This document shows positions 44,947-53,864 of a DNA stretch of 64,000 bases, one piece after another. A program made the translations under genes and the position numbers. The notes beneath the pieces were generated by a model. It was not told the origin of the DNA. It did no database searches and saw only the letters and a list, made by a program, of their open reading frames with translations. The number at the start of each line of letters is the position of its first letter. Position 1 is the stretch's first letter. Source of the stretch: Bacillota bacterium (GTDB taxonomy: Bacteria > Bacillota > Clostridia > Lachnospirales > Bianqueaceae); NCBI GenBank assembly GCA_017442535.1, contig JAFRZL010000044.1, positions 2,205 to 66,204 of the forward strand, written 5' to 3'.

Positions 44947-46563
44947 TCAGCGGAGCGCCGTCGCGATATTAAAGGCGTGATCGGAGCAGCGCTCCAGGTC
45001 GATCGCCATATCCGTAAAGATGATACCTCCCGACGGATCGCATTCCTGTTTGGCCAGGCGGACGATGTGCTGCTCCATAATATAGTCCTTCATATCATCC
45101 ACCTTTTCCTCCAGCTCGTGCGCCTGAGGAATCCGCTCAAAGGTCTCCTGTTCAAAAATATTCAGCGACAACCGCAGCGACTGCTTGGTCATCTCCGACA
45201 GATTGCGCAGATCTTCCATGCCGCTTTCGCTGAGATGCGCCTTGTTCTCCCGTACCTGCAGTTCATATTCGATAATGTTTTCCGCATGGTCCGATATCCG
45301 CTCGATATCATCCACGACCTGGATCATCCGGTACAGCCGGTTCAACTGGCGGGGCGTCATGTTGATCGCCCGCAGTTCCACCAGCTTGTCGACGATCGCG
45401 TGCGCCAGGTAGTCCACCGTTTCTTCGGTTGTTTCCACCTGTTCCGCAAGCGACGAATCGTGTGTGAAGAAGCAATTGATCGCAGTGCTCAGGTTTTCAT
45501 ACGCAAGTTCGCCCATACGGGACACTTCGCGGTGCGCCTGCTCGATCGCCACGACCGTCGGGACAAGATTCATCCGCGTCAGGTAGATCAGCTGACGCTC
45601 CTCCTGCTGACGCTTCTCACGTTCGGTCGTAGGAATCAGCTTCTCGGTCATCTTCACGATAATGCCGGAGAAAGGCAGGAGAATCAGTACGGCTACCACT
45701 GCAAAAATCGTATGTGTATTAGCGATCTGGCGCGCCACATTGCCGGGCGAGATGCTCTGAATCAGCTCCAGCGCCTTCGGGAAGATCGTGATCAGTACCA
45801 GGATCAGCGCCGCGCGCATCAGGTTAAAGAGCAGATTCAACAGGGCGCAGCGCTTGCCCTGCCGGTTGGAAGTCAGGCCTGCCAGAAGATTTGGCATAAC
45901 CGAACCGATTGCCGCGCCGATGATCAGGTAGACAGCCGTCCGGTAATCAATGATACCCTGCACCGCAAATGCCTGGAAAATAACCGTCGAAGAGGATGAA
46001 CTCTGCAGCAGTGCAGTAAATACGATACCCAGGATGACCAGCAGTGCCGGGTTGGAAAGCGAAGAAATCAGGTTGATGAAGCTCTCAGTCTGCGCAAGCG
46101 GCGCGATGACCGATTTCATCAGTGTGATACCTTCAAAAAGCATACCGAATCCCAATACAATCGCTCCGATATGCCGTACCGTCGAATTCTTGATAAACTG
46201 ATTCAGAATCACGCCGGCGAACAGAATCAGCGGCGCATAGGCTCCGATATTGAAAGCCGTAATCTGTGCGGTAACGGTCGTTCCGATATTGGCACCCATG
46301 ATCACGCCGAGCGCCTGCATCAGCGTCATCATTCCGGAACTGACAAAACCGATCACCATCACGTCCGTCGCGGATGAGCTCTGCATCAGAACCGTCACCA
46401 AGATACCGGCCAGCACCGATTTACCCTTATTCTGTGTCGCCTTGGCCAGCAAAACGCGCAATCTGTCGCCACACGCGTTTCGCAAGCCGGATGACATAAT
46501 CATCATACCATAGAGAAAAAGTCCAATTCCGCCCAAGAGGATGAATGCATCCAGGATCGACAT
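44947..46563 (-). CDS. Na/Pi cotransporter family protein with C-terminal PhoU-like repeats
   Basis: The start is set at the ATG at 46563 after AAGGAGGGCAATT (MSILDAFILLGGIGLFLYGM...). Duplicated ...QSSSAT.../...QSSSSST... motifs are present, and the C-terminal helical repeats carry ...ERISDHAENI... and ...ERCSDHAFNI.... Confidence 0.9.
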   Translation of the reverse strand: MSILDAFILLGGIGLFLYGMMIMSSGLRNACGDRLRVLLAKATQNKGKSVLAGILVTVLMQSSSATDVMVIGFVSSGMMTLMQALGVIMGANIGTTVTAQITAFNIGAYAPLILFAGVILNQFIKNSTVRHIGAIVLGFGMLFEGITLMKSVIAPLAQTESFINLISSLSNPALLVILGIVFTALLQSSSSSTVIFQAFAVQGIIDYRTAVYLIIGAAIGSVMPNLLAGLTSNRQGKRCALLNLLFNLMRAALILVLITIFPKALELIQSISPGNVARQIANTHTIFAVVAVLILLPFSGIIVKMTEKLIPTTEREKRQQEERQLIYLTRMNLVPTVVAIEQAHREVSRMGELAYENLSTAINCFFTHDSSLAEQVETTEETVDYLAHAIVDKLVELRAINMTPRQLNRLYRMIQVVDDIERISDHAENIIEYELQVRENKAHLSESGMEDLRNLSEMTKQSLRLSLNIFEQETFERIPQAHELEEKVDDMKDYIMEQHIVRLAKQECDPSGGIIFTDMAIDLERCSDHAFNIATALR

Positions 46564-46820
46564 AATTGCCCTCCTTAGTATACGCTGCGTATGCAATGGA
46601 TATTGAATAACAGCGAATTTCCCATACATAGACATTATACACCATAATTGTCAATATGGGAAGATGCTGCGCCAAATTCGCGCAAAAAAAGCTCAAATCC
46701 CGCAACCCCGGAGCTGATTATTCTTGCAGCTTTTTTCATATTCTCATAAGAAGTACTTGATTTTTCCGATCATTTATGCCATAATAAGGGAAATTAAACC
46801 ATTTGAAAGGTGGTACTACT

Positions 46821-47198
46821 ATGGGTAAATTTGTCGTACGCAAAACAAATACGGGTGTTAAGTTTGATCTTAAGGCGAATAATGGCGAAGTCATCGCTAC
46901 TTCCGAGGTTTACAAGTCCGAGCGCGCCTGCTTCAACGGAGTTGAGAGTGTCCGCCGCAACAGCGTCGGCGCTGTCGAGGACCAGACCGTAGAGGGCTAT
47001 GAGGTCCAGAAGCATCCCAAGTTCGAGATCTACAAGGACAAGTCCGGTGAACTCCGTTTCCGTCTTAAAGCGACCAATGGCCAGATCATCGCCGTCAGCG
47101 AAGGTTACAAGTCCATGGCCAGCTGTGTCAATGGCATTAATTCCGTCAAGAAGAATGCCCCCGATGCCGAGGTCGTTGTACAGGAGCCCAAGGAGTAA
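46821..47198 (+). CDS. YegP-family (DUF1508) protein, two tandem repeats
   Basis: MGKFVVRKTNTGVKFDLKANNGEVIATSEVYKSERACFNGVESVRRN repeats as FEIYKDKSGELRFRLKATNGQIIAVSEGYKSMASCVNGINSVKKN. A terminator follows. Confidence 0.85.
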   Translation: MGKFVVRKTNTGVKFDLKANNGEVIATSEVYKSERACFNGVESVRRNSVGAVEDQTVEGYEVQKHPKFEIYKDKSGELRFRLKATNGQIIAVSEGYKSMASCVNGINSVKKNAPDAEVVVQEPKE

Positions 47199-47251
47199 TT
47201 CCCCCGCTCTGTCCGATCCCTTGTTCTGATTATATAATCTTAAAGAACTAA

Positions 47252-47285
47252 GCCGCCCGGTCCAAAGGCCGGGCAGCTTTTTTTG
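47252..47285 (+). terminator. Intrinsic terminator after the YegP-family gene
   Basis: GCCGCCCGG-loop-GGCCGGGCAGC followed by a T7 run. Confidence 0.75.
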
Positions 47286-47334
47286 TGTGCTGCGGGCAGC
47301 AAGACATTTCCCAAAAATTATTTTTAAAAACCAC

Positions 47335-47363
47335 TTGACAAGGTTGGTTTAATATGATAAACT
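47335..47363 (+). promoter_or_regulatory. Promoter of the blaI/blaR1-like operon, overlapped by palindromes
   Basis: TTGACA, a 17-nt spacer, then TAAACT. The inverted repeats AAACCA-N11-TGGTTT, GTTTA-ATATGA-TAAAC and TTTAA-CTGA-TTAAA overlap or follow it. Confidence 0.5.
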
Positions 47364-47408
47364 TCAAGCTGTAAGAGGTTTAACTGATTAAATCACGGAG
47401 GGATTCAC

Positions 47409-47771
47409 ATGGAAGACAAGCGATTATCCCATGGCGAATGGAGTTTTATGGATATCATCTGGAATCACGAGCCGGTGGGCTCGGGCAGGTTGGTGGAATT
47501 GTGCCGGGAACAGCTCGGCTGGGCTAAGTCCACAACCTATACGCGGCTTCGGATTCTGACGCAAAAAGGGTATGCGGAGAATACGGCTTCGACAGTGAGG
47601 AGCTTGATCAGCCGGGAAGAAGCGCAGGCCCGCGAGAGCAGCCAGGTAGTGAAGGAAGCGTTTAAGGGATCGCTGCCGAGTTTTCTGACTTCATTTCTGG
47701 AGGGGCGCGCCATTACGGAAAAGGAGGCTGCCGAGCTTAAGAGGCTGATCGATTTTTACAAGGAGGGGTAA
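47409..47771 (+). CDS. BlaI/MecI/CopY family transcriptional repressor
   Basis: 120-aa winged-helix protein ...EWSFMDIIWNHEPVGSGRLVELCREQLGWAKSTTYTRLRIL..., followed 4 nt later by the M56 peptidase gene. Confidence 0.9.
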   Translation: MEDKRLSHGEWSFMDIIWNHEPVGSGRLVELCREQLGWAKSTTYTRLRILTQKGYAENTASTVRSLISREEAQARESSQVVKEAFKGSLPSFLTSFLEGRAITEKEAAELKRLIDFYKEG

Positions 47772-47775
47772 GGAT

Positions 47776-49179
47776 ATGTCGGATTTATGGATGAGGGTTT
47801 TGAATATGAGCCTGGCGGGCAGTGTTGTGATCGCGATCGTGATCGTGCTGCGCCTGGCTCTGGTCAAGGCTCCACGGCAGTATTCGTACTGGCTGTGGGC
47901 CGCACCCGCGCTGAGGCTCCTCTGCCCGGTGGGGTTCAGCGCGGTGATCAGTCTGTTTTCGGTGGTACCGGTTTCGGAGATCGCACCGGTCTCCGACGGG
48001 AGCGGATTCAGCACGGTGGAGTTTGGAAATGCGATACGGCAGGTGACACAGACGGTTTTGCCCGCGCCGGATGCTGCGGCCAGCGCCGATCCGCAGCAAA
48101 TCGCGCTTTTTATCGGAAGCCTGGTATGGGTCGCCGGGATGGCGGCATTACTCATCATCAGTATTGTCCGGTATTGTTTGACGAAGCAGCTTGTCGCGGA
48201 CGCGGTCATGGCGGAAAAAGGCGTTTACGAGACGGATCGGATTTCTTCCCCGTTTATTCTGGGGATCATCAGGCCGCGGATCTATCTGCCGCTCGATCTG
48301 GATGAGCAAAGCAAGCGCTATGTGCTGGCACACGAGCGGGTGCATCTGCGCCGCCAAGATCATGTGATTAAGCTTCTCGCCTACCTGATCCTGATCCTTC
48401 ATTGGTTCAATCCTCTTGTGTGGCTGGGCTTCTATCTGATGAGCCACGACATGGAGATGAGCTGCGACGAAGCGGCGCTCCGGGAGATTGTCGGCAGTGG
48501 CGCAACCGCGGAAGCCATCCCCGGCTACAGCCAGGCACTTCTTGCGGTGGCAGTGGGAAAAGCTTTCCCCAAGCCGAGCCCCCTCGCCTTCTCCGAATCG
48601 GGTACCGGAAAAAGGATTCGCCACGTCCTTCGCTGGAAACAGCCCGCCAAATGGCTTTCCCCGGTGATGGCCGTCGTATGCGCCGCCATTGCACTCGGAT
48701 GCATGGCCAACCCCACGCCGGCGGCCAAACCGGATCCCCGGGAAAACTTTATGGATCTGGCCGGGCTCTCCCGGGACGAAGTGCTGAAACAGATGGGGCT
48801 TACCGGGAAAGATCTGAGAGAGGTGGGCATTACCTCTGCCGGACAGCCCCGAAAAGACTGGACTTATGAAATTTATCGCACCGAGGATTTACAGCTTGAT
48901 TTGTACTTTCTGGAAGAACAGATCGTTTTAAGCTACCAAGTAAAATTCCTGTATGATGAAAAGGGCTGGGATGAGCAGGCCAAGGCCGATTATAACGAGA
49001 TCAAGGCTGTCTTAGACATAAAATATCCTAACGGAAAGGGCCCTAGACATTATGAAGCCGCCGATGGGGGAATCATCTCTTTGATGTTGGAAGGACCGTT
49101 TTCGCCAGAGAGCGAAGACTATAATCAGGACCGGGCTATCATTTACGTGTTCAATCAAATGTATGTTCCGGCACGCTGA
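47776..49179 (+). CDS. M56-family (BlaR1/MecR1-like) membrane metalloprotease signal transducer with a non-PBP C-terminal domain
   Basis: Zinc motif LAHERVHLRRQDH (HExxH), 4-5 TM segments, and a C-terminal extracytoplasmic domain of about 170 aa with no SxxK motif. Confidence 0.85.
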   Translation: MSDLWMRVLNMSLAGSVVIAIVIVLRLALVKAPRQYSYWLWAAPALRLLCPVGFSAVISLFSVVPVSEIAPVSDGSGFSTVEFGNAIRQVTQTVLPAPDAAASADPQQIALFIGSLVWVAGMAALLIISIVRYCLTKQLVADAVMAEKGVYETDRISSPFILGIIRPRIYLPLDLDEQSKRYVLAHERVHLRRQDHVIKLLAYLILILHWFNPLVWLGFYLMSHDMEMSCDEAALREIVGSGATAEAIPGYSQALLAVAVGKAFPKPSPLAFSESGTGKRIRHVLRWKQPAKWLSPVMAVVCAAIALGCMANPTPAAKPDPRENFMDLAGLSRDEVLKQMGLTGKDLREVGITSAGQPRKDWTYEIYRTEDLQLDLYFLEEQIVLSYQVKFLYDEKGWDEQAKADYNEIKAVLDIKYPNGKGPRHYEAADGGIISLMLEGPFSPESEDYNQDRAIIYVFNQMYVPAR

Positions 49180-49338
49180 TTGTATAGCTGAATTCCTCAA
49201 ATATAGGCTAGCCTGATGCATTTTACTGCCCGCGTGGCGCTCGAAAAGGCAGATTCGAGCTCGATGCTGACCATTACTTATCAGGTTCAGGGCTTTGTGA
49301 ATTGAGGATATGATATACTGATCGCAAAGCAACAAAAA

Positions 49339-49380
49339 GGACCTCCCGGTCAATTGACCGGGCGGCCCCTTTTTGTTGTT
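49339..49380. terminator. Bidirectional terminator between the blaR1-like gene and rubredoxin
   Basis: The perfect palindrome CCCGGTCAATTGACCGGG sits within a longer GC stem, flanked by AAAAAGG and CCCTTTTTGTTGTTGTTTT. Confidence 0.75.
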
Positions 49381-49419
49381 GTTTTAATGCGCCCAATCGA
49401 GCACGCACGGTGTCAGAGC

Positions 49420-49578
49420 TTATTCCTTCTCAAAATTATCCTTGCCGACACCGCAGAGCGGGCAGACCCAATCCTCAGGCAGATCCTCAAATGCCGTTCC
49501 CTCATCGATTCCGTTATCCGGATCACCCACTTCGGGATCATAAACATATCCGCATACAGAGCAAACGTATTTATCCAT
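49420..49578 (-). CDS. Rubredoxin
   Basis: [49 protein letters not shown] contains CxxC...CPxC with the rubredoxin aromatic core. The start is set at the ATG at 49578. Confidence 0.93.
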   Translation of the reverse strand: MDKYVCSVCGYVYDPEVGDPDNGIDEGTAFEDLPEDWVCPLCGVGKDNFEKE

Positions 49579-49786
49579 AAACCTACTCCTTTCCCGGGCC
49601 CGTCCGGGCCCGATATCCTTTGGCTGTATTATATCACATCGCGTGTCATTTGAAAACAAATATTTTGATAATTAAAAGAATCCTGCGGTTTGCATGGCGC
49701 GATTGCCTGCCGCAGGTCATTTTACTCTTGAAAAAACCGTTTTGTTCGAGTATAATATCAGTATCATTTTCAAAGGAGTTTTGATA

Positions 49787-50731
49787 ATGGATACAACGAT
49801 GAATTTGTCCTGGGAGCTGTCTGTGATGGAGTGGCTGCAGTCCTTTATGGGGCCTTTCCTGACGCAGGTGGCGTCGATTCTGTCCCTGGTCGGCGAGGAA
49901 ATGGTGATCCTCGTCATTCTCGGCTTCCTGTACTGGGTATATGACAAGAAGCACGCTCAGTATGTGGGTGACAGCCTGGTCTTCGGGCTGACGCTTAATC
50001 CGCTCGTCAAGAATCTGGTGCTGCGGCCGCGCCCCTATATGGTGTACGATGGTGTAAAATGCCTCAAGCCTGTGGACGCAAGCGCAGATGTCATGAATAT
50101 CGCCGCCCAGGGGTATTCTTTCCCCAGCGGGCACTCGATGAATGCCGCGATTATTTACGGCTCATTGGCGCAATATCAGAATTATGAGAAGCGCAGGCCC
50201 CTGAAGTGGCTGACCGTGCTGGCCTTTGTACTTCCGCTGCTGGTGGGTATCTCCCGCGTGCTGGTCGGCGTGCATTACCCCACCGATGTCCTGGCCGGCT
50301 GGACGCTCGGTGCCGCCATTATACTGGTGATGCCGTTGCTACGCCGCCTGTGCCGCAAGCGCTGGATCCTGCATCTGCTTCTGCTGGTGCTCGCCCTGCC
50401 CGGCGTCTTTTACTGCAAAACCAATGATTATTATACCGGGCTCGGCATGATGATCGGCTTCTTCCTGGCGCTGCCCTTTGAGGAGCATTTCGTGCAGTTC
50501 AAAAACACCCGCAGCATTCCCTGGGCGATCCTGCGGATGCTCGGCGGATTTGCCGTTTATTTCGGGCTGAATACGCTGCTTAAGCTCCCCTTCCCCAAGG
50601 ATTTCCTGGAGTCGCCGACCATGGCGGCCTATCTGGTCCGCACCGCCCGCTATATCATCGTCGTCTTTGCGATGCTGGGCGTTTATCCGCTGGCCTTCAA
50701 GATCCGCGAGAAGCGGGAGAATTTCCGATAA
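49787..50731 (+). CDS. PAP2-family phosphatase (membrane)
   Basis: KNLVLRPRP, PSGH and SRVLVGVHYPTD form the acid phosphatase signature. The start is set at the ATG at 49787 after AAAGGAG. Confidence 0.86.
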   Translation: MDTTMNLSWELSVMEWLQSFMGPFLTQVASILSLVGEEMVILVILGFLYWVYDKKHAQYVGDSLVFGLTLNPLVKNLVLRPRPYMVYDGVKCLKPVDASADVMNIAAQGYSFPSGHSMNAAIIYGSLAQYQNYEKRRPLKWLTVLAFVLPLLVGISRVLVGVHYPTDVLAGWTLGAAIILVMPLLRRLCRKRWILHLLLLVLALPGVFYCKTNDYYTGLGMMIGFFLALPFEEHFVQFKNTRSIPWAILRMLGGFAVYFGLNTLLKLPFPKDFLESPTMAAYLVRTARYIIVVFAMLGVYPLAFKIREKRENFR

Positions 50732-50805
50732 ACTTTGCCCGGTCACTTCAGGGAGCTTCGGATGAAAAGGGTTTTATGGCTCCTGTTAAGAAGGGAGTGT
50801 GCGCC

Positions 50806-51657
50806 ATGCATCTGAGAATCGCTTTGCTGCAGCTGCTTCCGGCCTCCGGCCTCTCCGGGCAGCTGGAAAAAGGTCTGGCCGCCTGCCGCAGGGCAAAAGA
50901 GCTGGGGGCCGATATCGCCCTCTTCCCTGAAATGTGGAGCGACGGCTATGCCCTGCCGCAGGACTCGGCTGAGCTGAATGCTCTGGCGATAGAGGCCTCC
51001 GGCGATTTTGTCCGTGCCTTCGGCCGGCTCGCTGCCGATCTGCGGATGGCCATCGGCATCACCTTCCTTGAGAAGCACGATCCGAAGCCGCTTAATTCGA
51101 TGATTCTCTTTGACCGGAACGGAGCCGAACGGCTGCACTATTCCAAAGTGCACACCTGTGATTTTGACCTTGAGCAGGTCCTCTCCTCCGGGGATGATTT
51201 TTACGTGACCGATCTGGATATCGGCCGCGGCACCGTTAAAGTCGGTTCGATGATCTGTTTTGACAGGGAATTCCCGGAGAGCGCCCGTCTCCTGATGCTC
51301 AAGGGCGCGGAAGTCATTCTGGCTCCAAACGCCTGCCCGATGGAGATCAACCGGCTCGCTGCCCTCCGGACCCGCGCCTATGAAAACATGCTGGCTGTCG
51401 CCACGTGCAATTATCCCGCCGGGCAGCCCGACTGCAACGGACACTCCACCGTCTTTGACGGCGTCGCGTGGCTCGCGGACGAGCCGGATGTCCGCGATAT
51501 GTGCATTCTGGAAGCCCCTGAACAGGAAGGTATTTATCTTGCAGAAATCGATATGGATATGCTGCGGACCTACCGCGAACACGAAGTGATGGGGCACAAA
51601 TACCGTCACCCGGACAGATACGGCCTTCTTGCCGCAGCCAGGCTCGATCAGGCATAA
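50806..51657 (+). CDS. Carbon-nitrogen hydrolase (nitrilase superfamily) protein
   Basis: E-K-C triad context: ALFPEMW, HYSKVH and MICFDREFPE. The start is at the ATG at 50806 after AAGGGAG. Confidence 0.88.
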   Translation: MHLRIALLQLLPASGLSGQLEKGLAACRRAKELGADIALFPEMWSDGYALPQDSAELNALAIEASGDFVRAFGRLAADLRMAIGITFLEKHDPKPLNSMILFDRNGAERLHYSKVHTCDFDLEQVLSSGDDFYVTDLDIGRGTVKVGSMICFDREFPESARLLMLKGAEVILAPNACPMEINRLAALRTRAYENMLAVATCNYPAGQPDCNGHSTVFDGVAWLADEPDVRDMCILEAPEQEGIYLAEIDMDMLRTYREHEVMGHKYRHPDRYGLLAAARLDQA

Positions 51658-51697
51658 AAACGCAGGTGGATCAACATGACGGATTCACCTGCGTTTA
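51656..51697. terminator. Bidirectional terminator between the convergent nitrilase-family and lactonase genes
   Basis: AAAAACGCAGGTG-loop-CACCTGCGTTT. Confidence 0.75.
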
Positions 51698-51727
51698 ATT
51701 AGCTTCTAAGCCGGCCTCCGCGGCCCT

Positions 51728-52768
51728 TTACACCATCACCCGCACAAAAGAAGTCTGAGGCGTCGGAACTTCGCAGAGCTTGTCCGTGAGACCTCCATCG
51801 GGACGGATGCCAAAGAGCACGGTATTGCCCGTAAACTGGTTCGCCACCAGCATGTATTTATCGTCCGGTGTAATACAGAAATTACGCGGGCAATCGCCGC
51901 AGCAGTCGAAATGCCCGATCAGCGTCAGCGTATGATCCGGCTCCACCCGGAAGGCCGCGATATCGTTTTCGCCGCGGTTGGAGGCATAGAGGAAGCGTTC
52001 GTCAGATGTCATATGGATGTCCGCCGCCGTATCCTCACCGGTAAAATCGGGGCGGAGCGTCGGATTCTGCTGGATCAGCTCATAACGGGTGCCTTCCTTG
52101 CGGTAGACCAGGACCTGGTTCCCCATCTCGGTGACCAGATACAGCCAGGCGCCGTCCTTGCTGAAGATAAAGTGACGCGGGCCTTCTCCGTCGGGGGCGA
52201 TCACCTGATCCGCATCCGGAGCGGGTTCGAGCCGTCCCTCGGGCAGGATCGTATAATTAAATATCTTGTCCAAACCCAGATCCGCCACGTACAGATTGTG
52301 TCCGTCGGGCGAAACCATGGTGGAATGCGCGTGGGGCGCCGCCTGGCGGTTCGCGGCATCATAACCGTGACCCTCATGCTGGAAGAAAGCCGTCCTCTCT
52401 CCTACCGTTCCGTCCGGCAGGATCCGGTGCACCAGGACATTCCCGGCCCGGTAATTCGCCATGGAAATATACTTGCCGTCCGGCCACATCGTGATGTGGC
52501 AGAGCGCCGTCGTATCCGTCGCGGTTTTGCCCGCATATGTCAGCCTGCCCGTAGCCGGATCGCGCCGGAAATAGCTGATATATCCATGATTGTCAATATC
52601 GGTGACCGCGTAGACCCAGTCCCGGGTCAACGTCAGAAAGCAGGGGTTATTGGCCTCTCCCCTGCAAACGTCCTTGATCTCAAGGGTGGCCTTCTCCGGA
52701 TCCAGCTCCAGCAGATAAATTCCCCGGCCGCCCGTTTCACTTGTATAACCGCTTGCGTAAACCTGCAT
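51728..52768 (-). CDS. Lactonase-family 7-bladed beta-propeller protein (6-phosphogluconolactonase-like)
   Basis: ...APHAHSTMVSPDGHNLYVADLGLDKIFNY... and repeated blade-like segments. Confidence 0.86.
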   Translation of the reverse strand: MQVYASGYTSETGGRGIYLLELDPEKATLEIKDVCRGEANNPCFLTLTRDWVYAVTDIDNHGYISYFRRDPATGRLTYAGKTATDTTALCHITMWPDGKYISMANYRAGNVLVHRILPDGTVGERTAFFQHEGHGYDAANRQAAPHAHSTMVSPDGHNLYVADLGLDKIFNYTILPEGRLEPAPDADQVIAPDGEGPRHFIFSKDGAWLYLVTEMGNQVLVYRKEGTRYELIQQNPTLRPDFTGEDTAADIHMTSDERFLYASNRGENDIAAFRVEPDHTLTLIGHFDCCGDCPRNFCITPDDKYMLVANQFTGNTVLFGIRPDGGLTDKLCEVPTPQTSFVRVMV

Positions 52769-52934
52769 ACGTACATCCCCCTTTTTCTTTTGGTTAACCG
52801 TATCGTATCATATTTTGCCGGGGATTGCAATGGGTGTAATCCGTGCGGGGCAAATAAATCAATTGACATTTGGGCCAAAATCCTTTATGATATTTATGTA
52901 TGCACTTGTACTCTATTCTATGGGAGGTCTTCCT

Positions 52935-53861
52935 GTGAAATCTGATTATCCTGACGGCGTCTGGCCGGTGATGCTAACGCCTTTTACCGATGATAACCGT
53001 ATTGATGAAGCGTCTCTGAAACGTCTGGTGGACTGGTATATCGCGCGCGGCGTGGACGGATTGTTCGCCGTCTGCCAGTCGAGCGAGATGTTTTTCCTGT
53101 CGCTGGAGGAGCGTGTGCACCTGACCGAGGCGGTGGTGCGTTTCGCGGACGGCCGTGTGCCGGTGATTGCGAGCGGCCAGGTTTCGGATACGCTGGAAGG
53201 GCAGCTTGAAGAGATCAACGCTGTCGCGGCCTGCGGCCCGGCGGCCGTTATCCTGATCACCAACCGTTTTGCCGCGAAGGATGAGTCCGACGAGGTCTGG
53301 CTTGCCAATCTGCAGGCGCTGCTGGACCGGCTGGATCCCTCGATCCCGCTCGGTTTCTACGAGTGCCCCTACCCGTACAAGCGCGTTATCTGTCCGGAGA
53401 CGCTCGGCAAGGTTGCCCGCACCGGACGCTTCTTCCTCATGAAGGATACCTGCTGCGACGCGGCGCTGATCCGTGAGAAGCTGGCCGCGATCAAGGGTAC
53501 GCCTCTCCGCCTCTATAACGCCAATACCGCGACGCTCTGGGACAGCCTGCAGGCCGGCGCGGCAGGGTACTCGGGTGTCATGGCCAATTTCCATCCCGAG
53601 CTCTATGTATGGCTCTGCCGCCACTTTACTGACGATCCCGCCAAGGCCAAGTTGGTCAGCGATTTCCTGACCGTTGCCTCGTTTATTGAGCATAAGCCCT
53701 ATCCGGTCAACGCCAAATATCATCAGCAGCTGATCGGCAATTTTACCTCGCTTATGACCCGTACGCGCCCCGCTTCCGACCTGGACGAGACCAACCGGAG
53801 CGAGGTCCTGCAGCTTAAAGAACTGTCCGACATGATCGCGGCGCGTCTGCAACAGGAGTAA
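52935..53861 (+). CDS. Dihydrodipicolinate synthase/N-acetylneuraminate lyase family (class I aldolase) protein
   Basis: GTG at 52935 preceded by GGGAGG. ...GVWPVMLTPFTDDNRIDEASLKRLVDWYIARGVDGLFAVCQSSEM... is typical of the DapA family. Confidence 0.84.
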   Translation: MKSDYPDGVWPVMLTPFTDDNRIDEASLKRLVDWYIARGVDGLFAVCQSSEMFFLSLEERVHLTEAVVRFADGRVPVIASGQVSDTLEGQLEEINAVAACGPAAVILITNRFAAKDESDEVWLANLQALLDRLDPSIPLGFYECPYPYKRVICPETLGKVARTGRFFLMKDTCCDAALIREKLAAIKGTPLRLYNANTATLWDSLQAGAAGYSGVMANFHPELYVWLCRHFTDDPAKAKLVSDFLTVASFIEHKPYPVNAKYHQQLIGNFTSLMTRTRPASDLDETNRSEVLQLKELSDMIAARLQQE

Positions 53862-53864
53862 ATT

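Noticed and set aside
49012-49353. A 113-aa minus-strand ORF downstream of the blaR1-like gene
   Set aside because: It overlaps the 3' end of the M56 gene in antisense and runs through the terminator. It has no RBS or motif.
49345-49362. The perfect 18-bp palindrome CCCGGTCAATTGACCGGG, considered as a possible protein operator
   Set aside because: It sits between two convergent genes, embedded in a longer GC stem flanked by A- and T-runs. That is the expected form of a bidirectional intrinsic terminator.
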